From NCBI GenBank assembly GCA_016934055.1, contig JAFGTR010000136.1, positions 24,858 to 88,857 on the forward strand: a DNA stretch of 64,000 nucleotides, read 5' to 3'. Both the position numbers and the translations under genes were made by a program. The notes below the pieces were generated by a model. That model did not search any database, was not told the DNA's origin, and saw only the letters and a list, made by a program, of their open reading frames with translations. Source of the DNA: Bacteroidales bacterium (GTDB lineage: Bacteria; Bacteroidota; Bacteroidia; Bacteroidales; UBA10428). Positions 1 through 9,374 of this stretch are shown piece after piece (position 1 is the stretch's first letter; every line of letters begins with the position of its first letter).

Positions 1-444
1 CGTGTCTTCTGTGGAAAATACAATTTTCATATCACCTGGTTTCAGCACATCTCCGACATTGAGTTTTGATGGCATTTCAAGAAAACCGCCTTCAAGTTGC
101 ATTTCCATATCCTTGAATCCCTCCATGGACTCCTGATTCAGAAAATTTCTCATGTCAAGGTAAAAAATCCCATTTTCACACCTTGCCTTCAATTCAGATT
201 TACCCTGGCTTTTACCCTTATTGTCAAAATATTCAGCCTCAATGGTTGCATTCACTGAACCGGCTTCTCTGGTAATCCCTGATACTTTTTGCACGACGGA
301 CCCTGTGAGTTTATTTTTTTTATCAAAACTTTTATACTCAAGCTGAGTATTTTCCGTCTCGGGCAAATACATGTTACAGTCCTGACCCAGGGTTACGACC
401 TGAAAGATAGCGACAAACGCTAAAACTCCTGCTAATCTTTTCAT
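1..444 (-). CDS. Exported hypothetical protein, 3' end truncated by the window edge
   Basis: Not in the ORF track. Manual reading from ATG at 444 gives MKRLAGVLAFVAIFQVVTLGQDCNMYLPETENTQLEYKSFDKKNKLTGS..., open to position 1, with a signal-peptide-like N-terminus. Confidence 0.8.
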   Translation of the reverse strand, partial: MKRLAGVLAFVAIFQVVTLGQDCNMYLPETENTQLEYKSFDKKNKLTGSVVQKVSGITREAGSVNATIEAEYFDNKGKSQGKSELKARCENGIFYLDMRNFLNQESMEGFKDMEMQLEGGFLEMPSKLNVGDVLKPGDMKIVFSTEDT

Positions 445-484
445 AGAATGATAATTTAATGGTTATTGAAATTGAAAAAGTTAA

Positions 485-1102
485 TCAGTTGATGATCACA
501 AGTGAATCGGCAAGGTTTGGCTTTTCTTTAGGTCGTGGTTCAGAACGTGATTTCCCGATGGCGATGAAGGCCAGCAGGCTTGAAGGTGGTTTAATGCCAA
601 GTATTTCTTCGATTTCTTTTCTGGCAATCATTGGGCCGCTCATCCAGCATGCAGCATAACCCATATCGACAGCTGAGAGCAACAGGTTCTGAATGCTTGC
701 ACCGGCACTTTGAATATCAGGATAATTACGTGTTTTATTGATCTCTTCATGCGAAAGGTCGGTTCCGCTTTCCAGCACGGTCTCATAAGGTTCTATCACC
801 AGGGCAAGAACAGCCGGAGCATCTTTAAAAAATGTCGAAAACCATGTGACCTGTGTTATGATGTTCTTTGATGCAACAGTTTTTTTCAAAGGCAGTTCAG
901 CAATTTTCCGGGCTATTGTGTCAGCCATTCTGTTCAGCACTTCTTTATTAATCACGGCAATGTATTTCCATGGCTGATAGTTGTTAACACTGGGAGCCAG
1001 GCCGGCCAGTCTGACCATTTCTTTCAGATCCTGAACGGGCACCTTTTCATCTTTAAACACCCTGACGCTGGTTCGTTTTTGTATTGCCGCTTTCAATTCC
1101 AT
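485..1102 (-). CDS. Nitroreductase family flavoprotein
   Basis: N-terminal KRTSVRVF, APSVNNYQPW and QNLLLSAVDMGYAACW motifs typical of nitroreductases. Confidence 0.92.
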   Translation of the reverse strand: MELKAAIQKRTSVRVFKDEKVPVQDLKEMVRLAGLAPSVNNYQPWKYIAVINKEVLNRMADTIARKIAELPLKKTVASKNIITQVTWFSTFFKDAPAVLALVIEPYETVLESGTDLSHEEINKTRNYPDIQSAGASIQNLLLSAVDMGYAACWMSGPMIARKEIEEILGIKPPSSLLAFIAIGKSRSEPRPKEKPNLADSLVIIN

Positions 1103-1183
1103 GGTTGAATTTTTCTTTAAAATAAGAAAAAAAACACGGAATATTAAAGGACTTTACAACGGTTTTTTCTGGCATTTCAGTCT

Positions 1184-1243
1184 GTTTTCAGCCTTCCTGC
1201 CAGCCAGGTTCGCTATCGCTCCTGAAGACCGGGTCTCATTAAA
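1184..1243. repeat. Dispersed intergenic repeat (copy 1; copy 2 at 41402-41466)
   Basis: GTTTTCAGCC..CAGGTTCGCTATCGCTCCTGAAGACCGGGTCTCATTAAA aligns with GTTTTTCAGCC..CAGGTTCGCTATTGCTCCTGAAAACCGGTCCTCATTAAA. Confidence 0.8.
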
Positions 1244-1342
1244 ATAATTCTAAATTGTTTTATATATTCATGAACTTTTAATAGATTTAGTATTGAAAAA
1301 AGAATAAGATAACCAAAGAGTGAGACGCTTAACACAAGGGTT

Positions 1343-2182
1343 ATGACGGTAACGGATCAGGATTTTCAGGTTTTTGTTTTTGCTCTCAAAAGCACATCAC
1401 GCTATGATTTCAGTCAATATTCGGAAAAATCGTTAAAGAGAAGACTTTTTAAAGTTCTCACTGATCATAAAATGAGCATGAACACGCTCATTTCCCGCAT
1501 TAAAGCCGACTATGCATTTGTTGAACAGGTGGTAAAAGAAATAACCGTAAACACCACGGAGCTTTTTCGCGATCCCCAGGTTTGGCAGGCATTACGTTTT
1601 TCAATCCTGCCCCGGTTCAAAAACAATACTGTAATCAACATCTGGCATTCGGGATGTTCAACGGGACAGGAGGTTTACTCCATGCTGATACTTCTTCACG
1701 AACTTGACCTTTTTGACAAGGCTAAAGTATATGCAACCGATATCAACACCGATGTCATTGAAGCAGCCAAAACAGGCGAATACAAATATCGGTTCAATAT
1801 AGCCTACCTTGATAATTTCGATAAGGTCATCAAGGAAAATCCTTATAACTATGAAGAATACAATGATGTGCCATACAACAAGTATTTCGATATTGATAAG
1901 ACAAACGATATTATCAAAATGAAAAGTTTCCTCCGGGAAAAGCCGGTTTTCAAAAAACACGACCTTGTGCTGGATAACAACACGCTGTATGTTAAGTTTG
2001 ATCTTATCCTCTGCAGAAATGTTATCATATATTTCAACTACGATTTGCAGAACAGGGTTTTTGAATTATACCATCAGAATCTTTATGAAAACGGCTGTAT
2101 GGTGTTGGGTTTGCACGAAACCATTTTAGGACTGAATGCTGCTAAATTCACAAAAAAGGGGCATGCTTATTATAAAAATTAA
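1343..2182 (+). CDS. cheR: Protein-glutamate O-methyltransferase CheR (motifs intact)
   Basis: YDFSQYS..SLKRRL, TVNTTELFRDP, IWHSGCSTGQEVYS, YATDIN, FDLILCRNVIIYF. Confidence 0.93.
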   Translation: MTVTDQDFQVFVFALKSTSRYDFSQYSEKSLKRRLFKVLTDHKMSMNTLISRIKADYAFVEQVVKEITVNTTELFRDPQVWQALRFSILPRFKNNTVINIWHSGCSTGQEVYSMLILLHELDLFDKAKVYATDINTDVIEAAKTGEYKYRFNIAYLDNFDKVIKENPYNYEEYNDVPYNKYFDIDKTNDIIKMKSFLREKPVFKKHDLVLDNNTLYVKFDLILCRNVIIYFNYDLQNRVFELYHQNLYENGCMVLGLHETILGLNAAKFTKKGHAYYKN

Positions 2183-2192
2183 CAGTGTTGGT

Positions 2193-2200
2193 TAAATTTG
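2193..2200 (+). promoter_or_regulatory. Bacteroidota sigma70 -7 box (TAAATTTG), putative internal promoter
   Basis: Matches TAnnTTTG in the gap upstream of the gene at 2289. Confidence 0.45.
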
Positions 2201-2288
2201 AAAGCATAAAGGCCGTTATTGATTTTTTTTGCTATAAATTTAGTGATGGTATAAAAATGATTGTTTACCTGAGTGAAATTACAGATTA

Positions 2289-4499
2289 ATGAAACATGAG
2301 GCTGTTACAAAATATGAACCCATGAAGAAATTATCGGCCATACCCAAAAAGCTTTATTATTTTTTCCTGATTCTTATATTGTTCTCAGTGACCATAGTGA
2401 TTGTGCTGTCAATCCTTCATCTGCACATCAGAAAAATCCATTCAGCTGAAAAGCAACTTTTACAGATAAAAGAAAAGATTGAAACCATAAATGCACGGCA
2501 TTATGAATATCTTGCTCTTGTGCTATATGGGAAAAATGATGACCAGGACATCTTTCATTATGCTGACCGGAATATGGACGATGTCCTGTTTAAGCTGACC
2601 GACTTAACCGGGCAACTTGCGGGTCATCGAGTGCTTCGAAAAAGAACTGATGTTTCTGCTTCACTTGAAACATTCAACACCGCAATTTCAGATTTTTCAG
2701 GTTTCATCACCGCTGTTATGTCCTCAATAAAGGAAAGAGGAAATATGTCTGAGGGTCTGATTTCAGAATGGTTCAGGCAGGCAGGAGAAATTGAGGTCAA
2801 CGGTGAAGAAATCGGCCAGGATTTTATTACTGGTCTCGAAAAAGTCAGAGCCCTGCAGTCAGCTTATATATTAACAAACAACAATGCCCTTATTGATGAA
2901 TTAAATAATCTTTTAATAAGCCTTCAAAGTCAGTTGCCAGTTGATGATATGGTCAATCCGGGCAAATTTGATGCCTTGTTGCAGCTCACTGCCAAAATCC
3001 TTGCCCTTAACAACAGAATAGGATTCTCCTCTCATCAGGGAGAACTTCCTGTTTATTATCAGCATTATGAAACCCTGAAGTCCAATTTCGAAAAACTGGT
3101 GGTTCTCATTAATGAAAACCTTAACCGGGCCACATTCTCAGCCTCATTGCTCAGTTATGGTCTTATTGTTTTGCTGTTGGCCGGCATGTTGCTTCTGGCC
3201 TATATTTTTCTTGACAAAAGTATTTTACGCCCTCTCATTGTCATCGGACAATTTGTCAACAGGCTTTCATCGGGTATGATCCCTGATGATTCTCTGACGA
3301 TCACAGAATCAGGCGATCCCGGAGGTATATCAGAACCGCTTAACAAGCTGGCCAAAGGATTAAAAGAAAAAACCGATTTTGCCAGAGATCTTAATCAGGG
3401 CCATTATTCCACCAAACTCGAACTGTTAAGCGATAAGGATGATCTTGGGCTTGAGATGAAAAAACTGCAGGAAAATATTATCTCTTCATCTGAAGAACAG
3501 GATCGCTATAACGAAGAAAATGCAAAGCGCAGATATATCAACGAAGGTCTCGCCAGATTTGCCAATATATTGCGGTTAAACAGCAATAACCTTGATAATC
3601 TTGGAGATGCCTTCATCCGTGAACTGGTAAAATACCTCAATGCCATTCAGGGTGGATTTTTCATGGTTGATGAAGAAGATAAGGAAAAGCCAGTCCTCAG
3701 ACTTGCAGCAGCCTTTGCTTACAACAGAAAGAAATATCTAGAAAAAACAATATTACTGGGAGAAGGACTGGTCGGCACCTGCGCCATTGAAAAGAAGACT
3801 GTTCATTTGACAGAAATGCCCCGCGGATATATTTTGATCACCTCCGGACTTGGTGATGCGCCGCCCGATAATCTTTTGCTGGTGCCTGTCATGCATGAAG
3901 AAGAGCTTATAGGTGTGCTGGAGATAGCATCATTAAATAAGTTCAGCGAACATGAGATTGCTTTCACCGAAGAGGTAGCCAGCAATCTTGGTTCAACAAT
4001 AGTGACAACCCGTATTAACCAGCGTACATCTGAGTTGCTTGCCAAATCACAACAGCAGGCACAGGAAATGGCCGAACAGGAAGAAGAAATGCGGCAAAAC
4101 ATGGAAGAGCTTAAAGCCACACAGGAAGAATCTTCCCGACGGGAAGAGGAGTTCAGTGGCATAGTTGATTCATTGAACTTGTCGGTATTCATAATAGAAT
4201 ATGATCTTGACGGAACGATTTCTTACATTAATAACAAATTCCTGCTGTTCATCAACAAAAAAAGCGAAGAGCTCATCGGCAAGACACATCCATATGTTTT
4301 TGGCGTTAATTCAGTTGTTGATTCTAAATTCTGGGCCCAGCTGAGCAACATGTCCAATACTACTGTTGCGGAAGATCTCAGCGTAGGAAAAAAAATATAC
4401 CGGATAAAGGAACATTTTTCGCTGGTTATAAACAAAGACGGGCTGCCTGTTAAAGTGTTGAACATCATGACAGAAATCCCCGGCAAAGAGACAACATAA
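2289..4499 (+). CDS. Membrane sensor: 2 TM, periplasmic helical domain, HAMP-like, GAF, Glu/Gln coiled coil, PAS; no output domain
   Basis: Two hydrophobic segments; ILRPL..HAMP; GAF motif AFAYNRKKY..GEGLVGTCA..ITSGLG..LLLVPV..GVLEIAS; QQQAQEMAEQEEEMRQNMEELKATQEE; C-terminal PAS (IEYDLDGTISYIN). Start may be 2322. Confidence 0.82.
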   Translation: MKHEAVTKYEPMKKLSAIPKKLYYFFLILILFSVTIVIVLSILHLHIRKIHSAEKQLLQIKEKIETINARHYEYLALVLYGKNDDQDIFHYADRNMDDVLFKLTDLTGQLAGHRVLRKRTDVSASLETFNTAISDFSGFITAVMSSIKERGNMSEGLISEWFRQAGEIEVNGEEIGQDFITGLEKVRALQSAYILTNNNALIDELNNLLISLQSQLPVDDMVNPGKFDALLQLTAKILALNNRIGFSSHQGELPVYYQHYETLKSNFEKLVVLINENLNRATFSASLLSYGLIVLLLAGMLLLAYIFLDKSILRPLIVIGQFVNRLSSGMIPDDSLTITESGDPGGISEPLNKLAKGLKEKTDFARDLNQGHYSTKLELLSDKDDLGLEMKKLQENIISSSEEQDRYNEENAKRRYINEGLARFANILRLNSNNLDNLGDAFIRELVKYLNAIQGGFFMVDEEDKEKPVLRLAAAFAYNRKKYLEKTILLGEGLVGTCAIEKKTVHLTEMPRGYILITSGLGDAPPDNLLLVPVMHEEELIGVLEIASLNKFSEHEIAFTEEVASNLGSTIVTTRINQRTSELLAKSQQQAQEMAEQEEEMRQNMEELKATQEESSRREEEFSGIVDSLNLSVFIIEYDLDGTISYINNKFLLFINKKSEELIGKTHPYVFGVNSVVDSKFWAQLSNMSNTTVAEDLSVGKKIYRIKEHFSLVINKDGLPVKVLNIMTEIPGKETT

Positions 4500-4530
4500 A
4501 AGCGGTTTTAAAAACATTTTGCACAGACCA

Positions 4531-5361
4531 ATGACTGAACTAGGAATTGTTGACATAAGAGAAATTATCAGAGCAATTAAAAGCATATACAATTACGACT
4601 TTGGAAATTATGCACTTACTTCTTTTAAACAAAGACTTGAGAGACTCATTATCCGGAACAATTTAAGCAATGCTGAAAGCCTGATAAAAAAACTGAGGGA
4701 TGAACCTGATTTTTTTGACATTTTTCTGCATGAGATTTCCGTCCCTTCTACTGAAATGTTCAGAGATCCCTCACTGTGGAGATGGCTTAGGGAAGATCTG
4801 CTGCCTTCTGCTATTGAAAAATGTGTGGGTCAATATAAGATATGGTTGCCGCACTGCGTTTCCGGTGGCGAGCTTTTCACTCTGATGATTGTATTGTCTG
4901 AATTAAATTTGATGGATAAGGTCAGTATTTTCGCATCTTCAATCAGCGATAAAAGCCTGGAGATTATCCGGGAAGGACAGTATGACCTGAAAAAGATCGA
5001 AGTCTCAACTGAAAATTATATTCGCGCAAACGGAACTGCTGCTTTTATGGATTATTACAAACTTGACCGGTATTATGCCTTCAGGGATCCTGCACTCATC
5101 GCCAATGTTGAATTCAATAAACTGAATATCAGTTTTGATAATGCCCCAACAAATATAAAGCTCATCTTATTCAGGAACAACCTGATTTATTATAATCCGG
5201 GTATGCAGGACCGGATATTGTCAGTATTGAATAACAGCCTATCAGCTACCGGTCATCTGATAATAGGCATAAAGGAAAGAATAACAGGTGTTAGTTCTGG
5301 CAAAGAGTTCGAGATTACTAATGAAGCTGAAAGTGTGTATAAAAAACGGATTATTGGTTGA
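4531..5361 (+). CDS. CheR-family protein with degenerate SAM-binding motifs
   Basis: YDFGNYALTSFKQRL and STEMFRDP are retained, but IWLPHCVSGGE and FASSIS replace the canonical IWSAGCSTGEE and ATDI. ATG at 4531 preferred over TTG 4519. Confidence 0.85.
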   Translation: MTELGIVDIREIIRAIKSIYNYDFGNYALTSFKQRLERLIIRNNLSNAESLIKKLRDEPDFFDIFLHEISVPSTEMFRDPSLWRWLREDLLPSAIEKCVGQYKIWLPHCVSGGELFTLMIVLSELNLMDKVSIFASSISDKSLEIIREGQYDLKKIEVSTENYIRANGTAAFMDYYKLDRYYAFRDPALIANVEFNKLNISFDNAPTNIKLILFRNNLIYYNPGMQDRILSVLNNSLSATGHLIIGIKERITGVSSGKEFEITNEAESVYKKRIIG

Positions 5362-5366
5362 GTATA

Positions 5367-5927
5367 ATGAATTATAAAGCAGTTATAATCGGTGGTTCTG
5401 CGGGAAGTTTCCAGGTGGTTACAAAGATACTGAGTTCCCTGCCAAAGACCTTTCCTGTTCCTGTTATGCTATGTCTTCACAGATTGAAACATGTCCGTTC
5501 AGGATTTGTTGAAGCGCTATCACTGAAATCCAACATACCTATTGAGGAGCCCTATGATAAAGACCAGTTGAAACCCGGCAGGGCTTATCTGGCGCCTGCC
5601 AATTATCATTTATACATTGAGCTTGCAAACCGGGTTGCCCTTTCCACGGAAGATGTTGTAAACCATTCCAGGCCATCCATTGATCTCTCATTGATAACCG
5701 CTGCCAATGCCTATCGCGAAAAACTTATCGGGATAATCCTTTCGGGAGCCAATAAGGACGGGGCCTTTGGCCTTAAAAAAGTACACGATTGCGGCGGTGT
5801 TACAATTGTACAAGATCCTAACGAATGTGAAGTGAAAACAATGACGACTTCTGCCCTGCAACTTACAAAAGCAGATTTCGTATATACCACTGACCAGATT
5901 ATCAGGTTTCTGCAAAAAATCAATTGA
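5367..5927 (+). CDS. cheB: CheB-type methylesterase, catalytic domain only
   Basis: IGGSAGS (Ser), CLHR (His), APANYHL, SRPSID, LSGANKDGA (Asp), IVQDP; no receiver domain. Confidence 0.92.
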   Translation: MNYKAVIIGGSAGSFQVVTKILSSLPKTFPVPVMLCLHRLKHVRSGFVEALSLKSNIPIEEPYDKDQLKPGRAYLAPANYHLYIELANRVALSTEDVVNHSRPSIDLSLITAANAYREKLIGIILSGANKDGAFGLKKVHDCGGVTIVQDPNECEVKTMTTSALQLTKADFVYTTDQIIRFLQKIN

Positions 5928-5931
5928 ACCG

Positions 5932-6726
5932 ATGATGAACCTTCAAAAATACAGGCGATTTATAATTGTGACTTTTCTTGTTATCGTCATTTCCGCCATC
6001 CTGACCCTGGCCGCTGTCTGGAATTCCATTCTGAGCAGCGAGGACATCAGGAATGAAGGCTGGATATTCGTATTCTTCTTTTTGTTAATAGCAGGCAGCG
6101 TTGTTCTTTTCTATTTTTCTTATAATCTCTCCGATTCAGTTGCCTTTGAAGATACTGTTAACAGTCTTGTTACAGCTGAGAAAGAAAAGCTGATCAAAAA
6201 AATGGAAGAAAGGAAAATGAAGGAAAAAGAGACATTACTAGAGGATGAAGATTTTAAAAACAGAATTGACCAGGTTTTTGCCGGACTGCAATCGGTTAAG
6301 TCAATTGAATCATTTGCCAACAAAGTATTGATGAATATTTCCAGGCAGGTTGAAATTGTTCGTGGAGTCTTCTTTTTTAAAGAAGACAAAAAAGACCTTT
6401 TTAAATGTATGGGCGAATATGCCCTCACCGGCAAAAAACCCGAACCATTCAAAACCGGGGAAAACTTAACAGGTCAGGTTGCAAAAAGTAAAACCCTGAC
6501 AAGCATTGAAGAAATTCCGGAAGACTATTTCAGGGTTGAATCAGGCTTGGGTGTCACTTTACCAAAGCATTTGATAATCTTTCCCTTGGTATTTGAAAAT
6601 AAAACATTGGCGGTCATCGAACTGGCAACTTTTAAAAAAATAGATGCTGTACAGTTCAAAATTTTAAACGCCTTAATTTCAGATTTAGGAGAAAGATTGA
6701 ATAAATTTGTTACTGCAAAAAAATGA
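5932..6726 (+). CDS. Membrane protein with 2 TM, coiled coil and GAF domain
   Basis: Two TM segments, then GAF motif GENLTGQVA..IPEDYFRVESGLG..LIIFPL..AVIELA. Confidence 0.8.
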   Translation: MMNLQKYRRFIIVTFLVIVISAILTLAAVWNSILSSEDIRNEGWIFVFFFLLIAGSVVLFYFSYNLSDSVAFEDTVNSLVTAEKEKLIKKMEERKMKEKETLLEDEDFKNRIDQVFAGLQSVKSIESFANKVLMNISRQVEIVRGVFFFKEDKKDLFKCMGEYALTGKKPEPFKTGENLTGQVAKSKTLTSIEEIPEDYFRVESGLGVTLPKHLIIFPLVFENKTLAVIELATFKKIDAVQFKILNALISDLGERLNKFVTAKK

Positions 6727-9347
6727 TCGTGGAGGAAAATAAGAAAACCACAATTAGTCAGATATTATCAACCCAGGTGATATGGCAGGCACTGATTGCC
6801 GGATCCCTGTTTCCCCTTATTTCCTGGGTTGTGGAGATCATCCGGATGCATGTATCATTTACATTTTCAGGTCTTTATCAAATTCATAAAAACAATCCCG
6901 TTTTATGGATCATGGATTTGATCCCCCTGCTTGTGATCGGTCTGGCATATATCATTGACAGGAAGCGCAAAAGTGAAAAACAAATATTTGACGAGCAGAT
7001 TAACGAGCGTGATGCCAGGCTTAATACAATGGCCGAGTTTTCAAAACAAATCGGAGAGGGCAATTATAATGTGGACCTTGATGTCACCAGCAGTCAGGAT
7101 TTCTTAGGCCATTCCTTACTTATGATGCGTGATAATCTGCTTGCCAATCATAAAAAGGAATCAGAAGAGAACTGGATTGCAGCCGGAAAAGAGAACATAT
7201 CCGAAATACTGCGGATACATAATAAAATAGAAACCCTGGCAGATCAGGTCATTGCCATGTTGGTCAACTATGTCGATGTTGTTCAGGGCGCCATGTATAT
7301 TTTCGATGAAGATAAAAAGGTGCTTTTCAATGTAGCCACCTATGCATATAACCGGAAAAAATACATCACACAGGAATTCAGGCTTGGTTATGGTCTGATC
7401 GGGCAATGTGCCTACGAAATGGAATACATTTACCGTACAGAGATTCCTGAAGACTACGTATCAATTACCTCAGGAATACTGGGAGATCAGAAACCACAAA
7501 GCATATTACTGATCCCTTTAATATCCGATGAAAAACTGCAGGGCGTTTTGGAATTTGCTTCTGTCAAAGCCGGCATCCCTGAATTGACGATCCGCTTTCT
7601 TATAGAACTTGGAGAGATCATTGCCCGCACCGTCTTTAATCTTAAAGTCACTCACCGCACTGAACAGTTGTTGAAAGAATCACAGGAAATGACCATTGAA
7701 CTGCGTGAGAATGAGGAACAGCTGCGTCAGAATGCTGAAGAGATGCGCGCCACGCAGGAAGAGCTGAAAAAATCAAATGAGCAGCTCGAATCAAAGGTGC
7801 TGGAAGTGGAGAATGCTCAAAAACGTTTGTATTCATTACTTGAAAATGCTTCCGAGGTCATCTCCATTTATGATGAAAACATGGTTCTTGTCTATGAAAG
7901 CCCCTCCGTAACAAAAATATTGGGATTCACACCTGAAGAAATGATGGGAGGTAAAGACATGGACAGGTTAACGCGGAAAGGGGAAAATTCCATGCGCAAT
8001 ATGTTTAAACAACTGTTGGAATCGCCCGCTGAACCGGTATCCATTCAATACACCTACATGAAAAAGAACGGTCAGAAGATATTTCTTGAAACAACCGGCC
8101 GAAATCTTCTGGAAGATCCGGCTATTAAAGGTATTATACTGAACTCCACCGACATCACTGAACGGAAAAGAGCTGAAAGGGAAGAGCGTCTTAAGAGTAA
8201 GATGCAGTCTTTGTCTGAAAACTCGCTTGATATGATTATCCGCCTGAGTACCGTTGGTCAGTTTTTCTATGCTAATCCGATGGTGGAACACTTTTTGGGA
8301 ATCGAACCCAAAGAGCTTATTAATAAAACGCTCAATGAGATTGAAATATCAGATGTCCTCTTCAACTATTTCAGGGAGACCATTGATGCCATTAAAGCAT
8401 ATCCCAATAAAACCAACCATGAATTAACTGTACCGGCGGTGTTTGATAATGTTCAATGTGAGCGCATCATGAGTTTTGCCGCCATTCCGGAATTCAATGA
8501 AAATGAACTGGAAACCATCCTCTTTGTCGGACATGATATAACAGAGGCCAAACAAATTGAACTTGAGATCCAGGACAAAAACCGTAAAATTGAAGACTCC
8601 ATTAATTATGCCCAGCGCATTCAAACTTCGATTCTTCCTGATATCAGGATAGTCAGGGAATCACTGCCCAAATCATTTATCTATTATAAGCCCCGGGATG
8701 TTGTCAGCGGAGATTTCCCATGGTTCTTCCGGAGAGGGGATGAGATTTTCATCGCCGCTGTTGATTGCACAGGTCATGGTGTACCGGGTGCACTGCTTTC
8801 CTTTGTCGGGTATTTTCTCCTCAACAGCATAGTGGATCACGAAAGAAAGCTTTCAGCTTCAGAGATATGTGATATGCTGCATTTTGGTGTTCGAAAAACC
8901 CTTAAACAGGAACTGGAAGATGCCGAAGCCCGTGACGGGATGGATATAGCATTTTGTAAGATCAACCACATCAATAAAGAAGTGCAGTTTGCCGGAGCTC
9001 ACAGGCCCCTTTATCTCTTACGGGACGGTGAACTCACCGAATTTAAAGGAGACCGGAAAGCTATCGGAGGAATTCCCCACAGGAAAAAAGAAGAAGAGAA
9101 TTTTACCAACTATATTATCAATTATAAACGGGGAGACAAGATATTTTTCTTTTCTGACGGATTACCCGACCAGCTTGGCGGACCTGAAGACAAAAAGTAC
9201 TCTCCAAAACGCATCCGTGAAATAATTTCAGAAAATAATACCATTCCAATAGAAAAATTTAGTAACCTTTTTGCCTCTGATTTCGAAAAATGGAAAGGAG
9301 ATGGAAAGCAAATTGATGATGTTTTATTAATTGGCATAGAATTTTAA
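6723..9347 (+). CDS. Membrane GAF-coiled coil-PAS-PAS-SpoIIE/PP2C Ser/Thr phosphatase (SiaA-like role)
   Basis: TM segments; GAF (YAYNRKKY..GYGLIGQCA..ITSGILG); two PAS (YESPSVTKILGF, YANPMVEHFLG); PP2C motifs PRDVVSGDF, DCTGHGVPGA, DGMD, FSDGLPDQLGG, QIDDVL. Confidence 0.9.
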   Translation: MIVEENKKTTISQILSTQVIWQALIAGSLFPLISWVVEIIRMHVSFTFSGLYQIHKNNPVLWIMDLIPLLVIGLAYIIDRKRKSEKQIFDEQINERDARLNTMAEFSKQIGEGNYNVDLDVTSSQDFLGHSLLMMRDNLLANHKKESEENWIAAGKENISEILRIHNKIETLADQVIAMLVNYVDVVQGAMYIFDEDKKVLFNVATYAYNRKKYITQEFRLGYGLIGQCAYEMEYIYRTEIPEDYVSITSGILGDQKPQSILLIPLISDEKLQGVLEFASVKAGIPELTIRFLIELGEIIARTVFNLKVTHRTEQLLKESQEMTIELRENEEQLRQNAEEMRATQEELKKSNEQLESKVLEVENAQKRLYSLLENASEVISIYDENMVLVYESPSVTKILGFTPEEMMGGKDMDRLTRKGENSMRNMFKQLLESPAEPVSIQYTYMKKNGQKIFLETTGRNLLEDPAIKGIILNSTDITERKRAEREERLKSKMQSLSENSLDMIIRLSTVGQFFYANPMVEHFLGIEPKELINKTLNEIEISDVLFNYFRETIDAIKAYPNKTNHELTVPAVFDNVQCERIMSFAAIPEFNENELETILFVGHDITEAKQIELEIQDKNRKIEDSINYAQRIQTSILPDIRIVRESLPKSFIYYKPRDVVSGDFPWFFRRGDEIFIAAVDCTGHGVPGALLSFVGYFLLNSIVDHERKLSASEICDMLHFGVRKTLKQELEDAEARDGMDIAFCKINHINKEVQFAGAHRPLYLLRDGELTEFKGDRKAIGGIPHRKKEEENFTNYIINYKRGDKIFFFSDGLPDQLGGPEDKKYSPKRIREIISENNTIPIEKFSNLFASDFEKWKGDGKQIDDVLLIGIEF

Positions 9348-9374
9348 TGAAAAAAAACAAAAATTAATAATACA

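Noticed and set aside
4531-5361. Second cheR as a pseudogene
   Set aside because: Full-length open frame with no stops or frameshifts, tightly packed against cheB; treated as a divergent protein
1343-5927. Classical chemotaxis operon
   Set aside because: No cheA, cheW, cheY or MCP signalling-hairpin motif in the window; the sensors have GAF/PAS/PP2C domains instead
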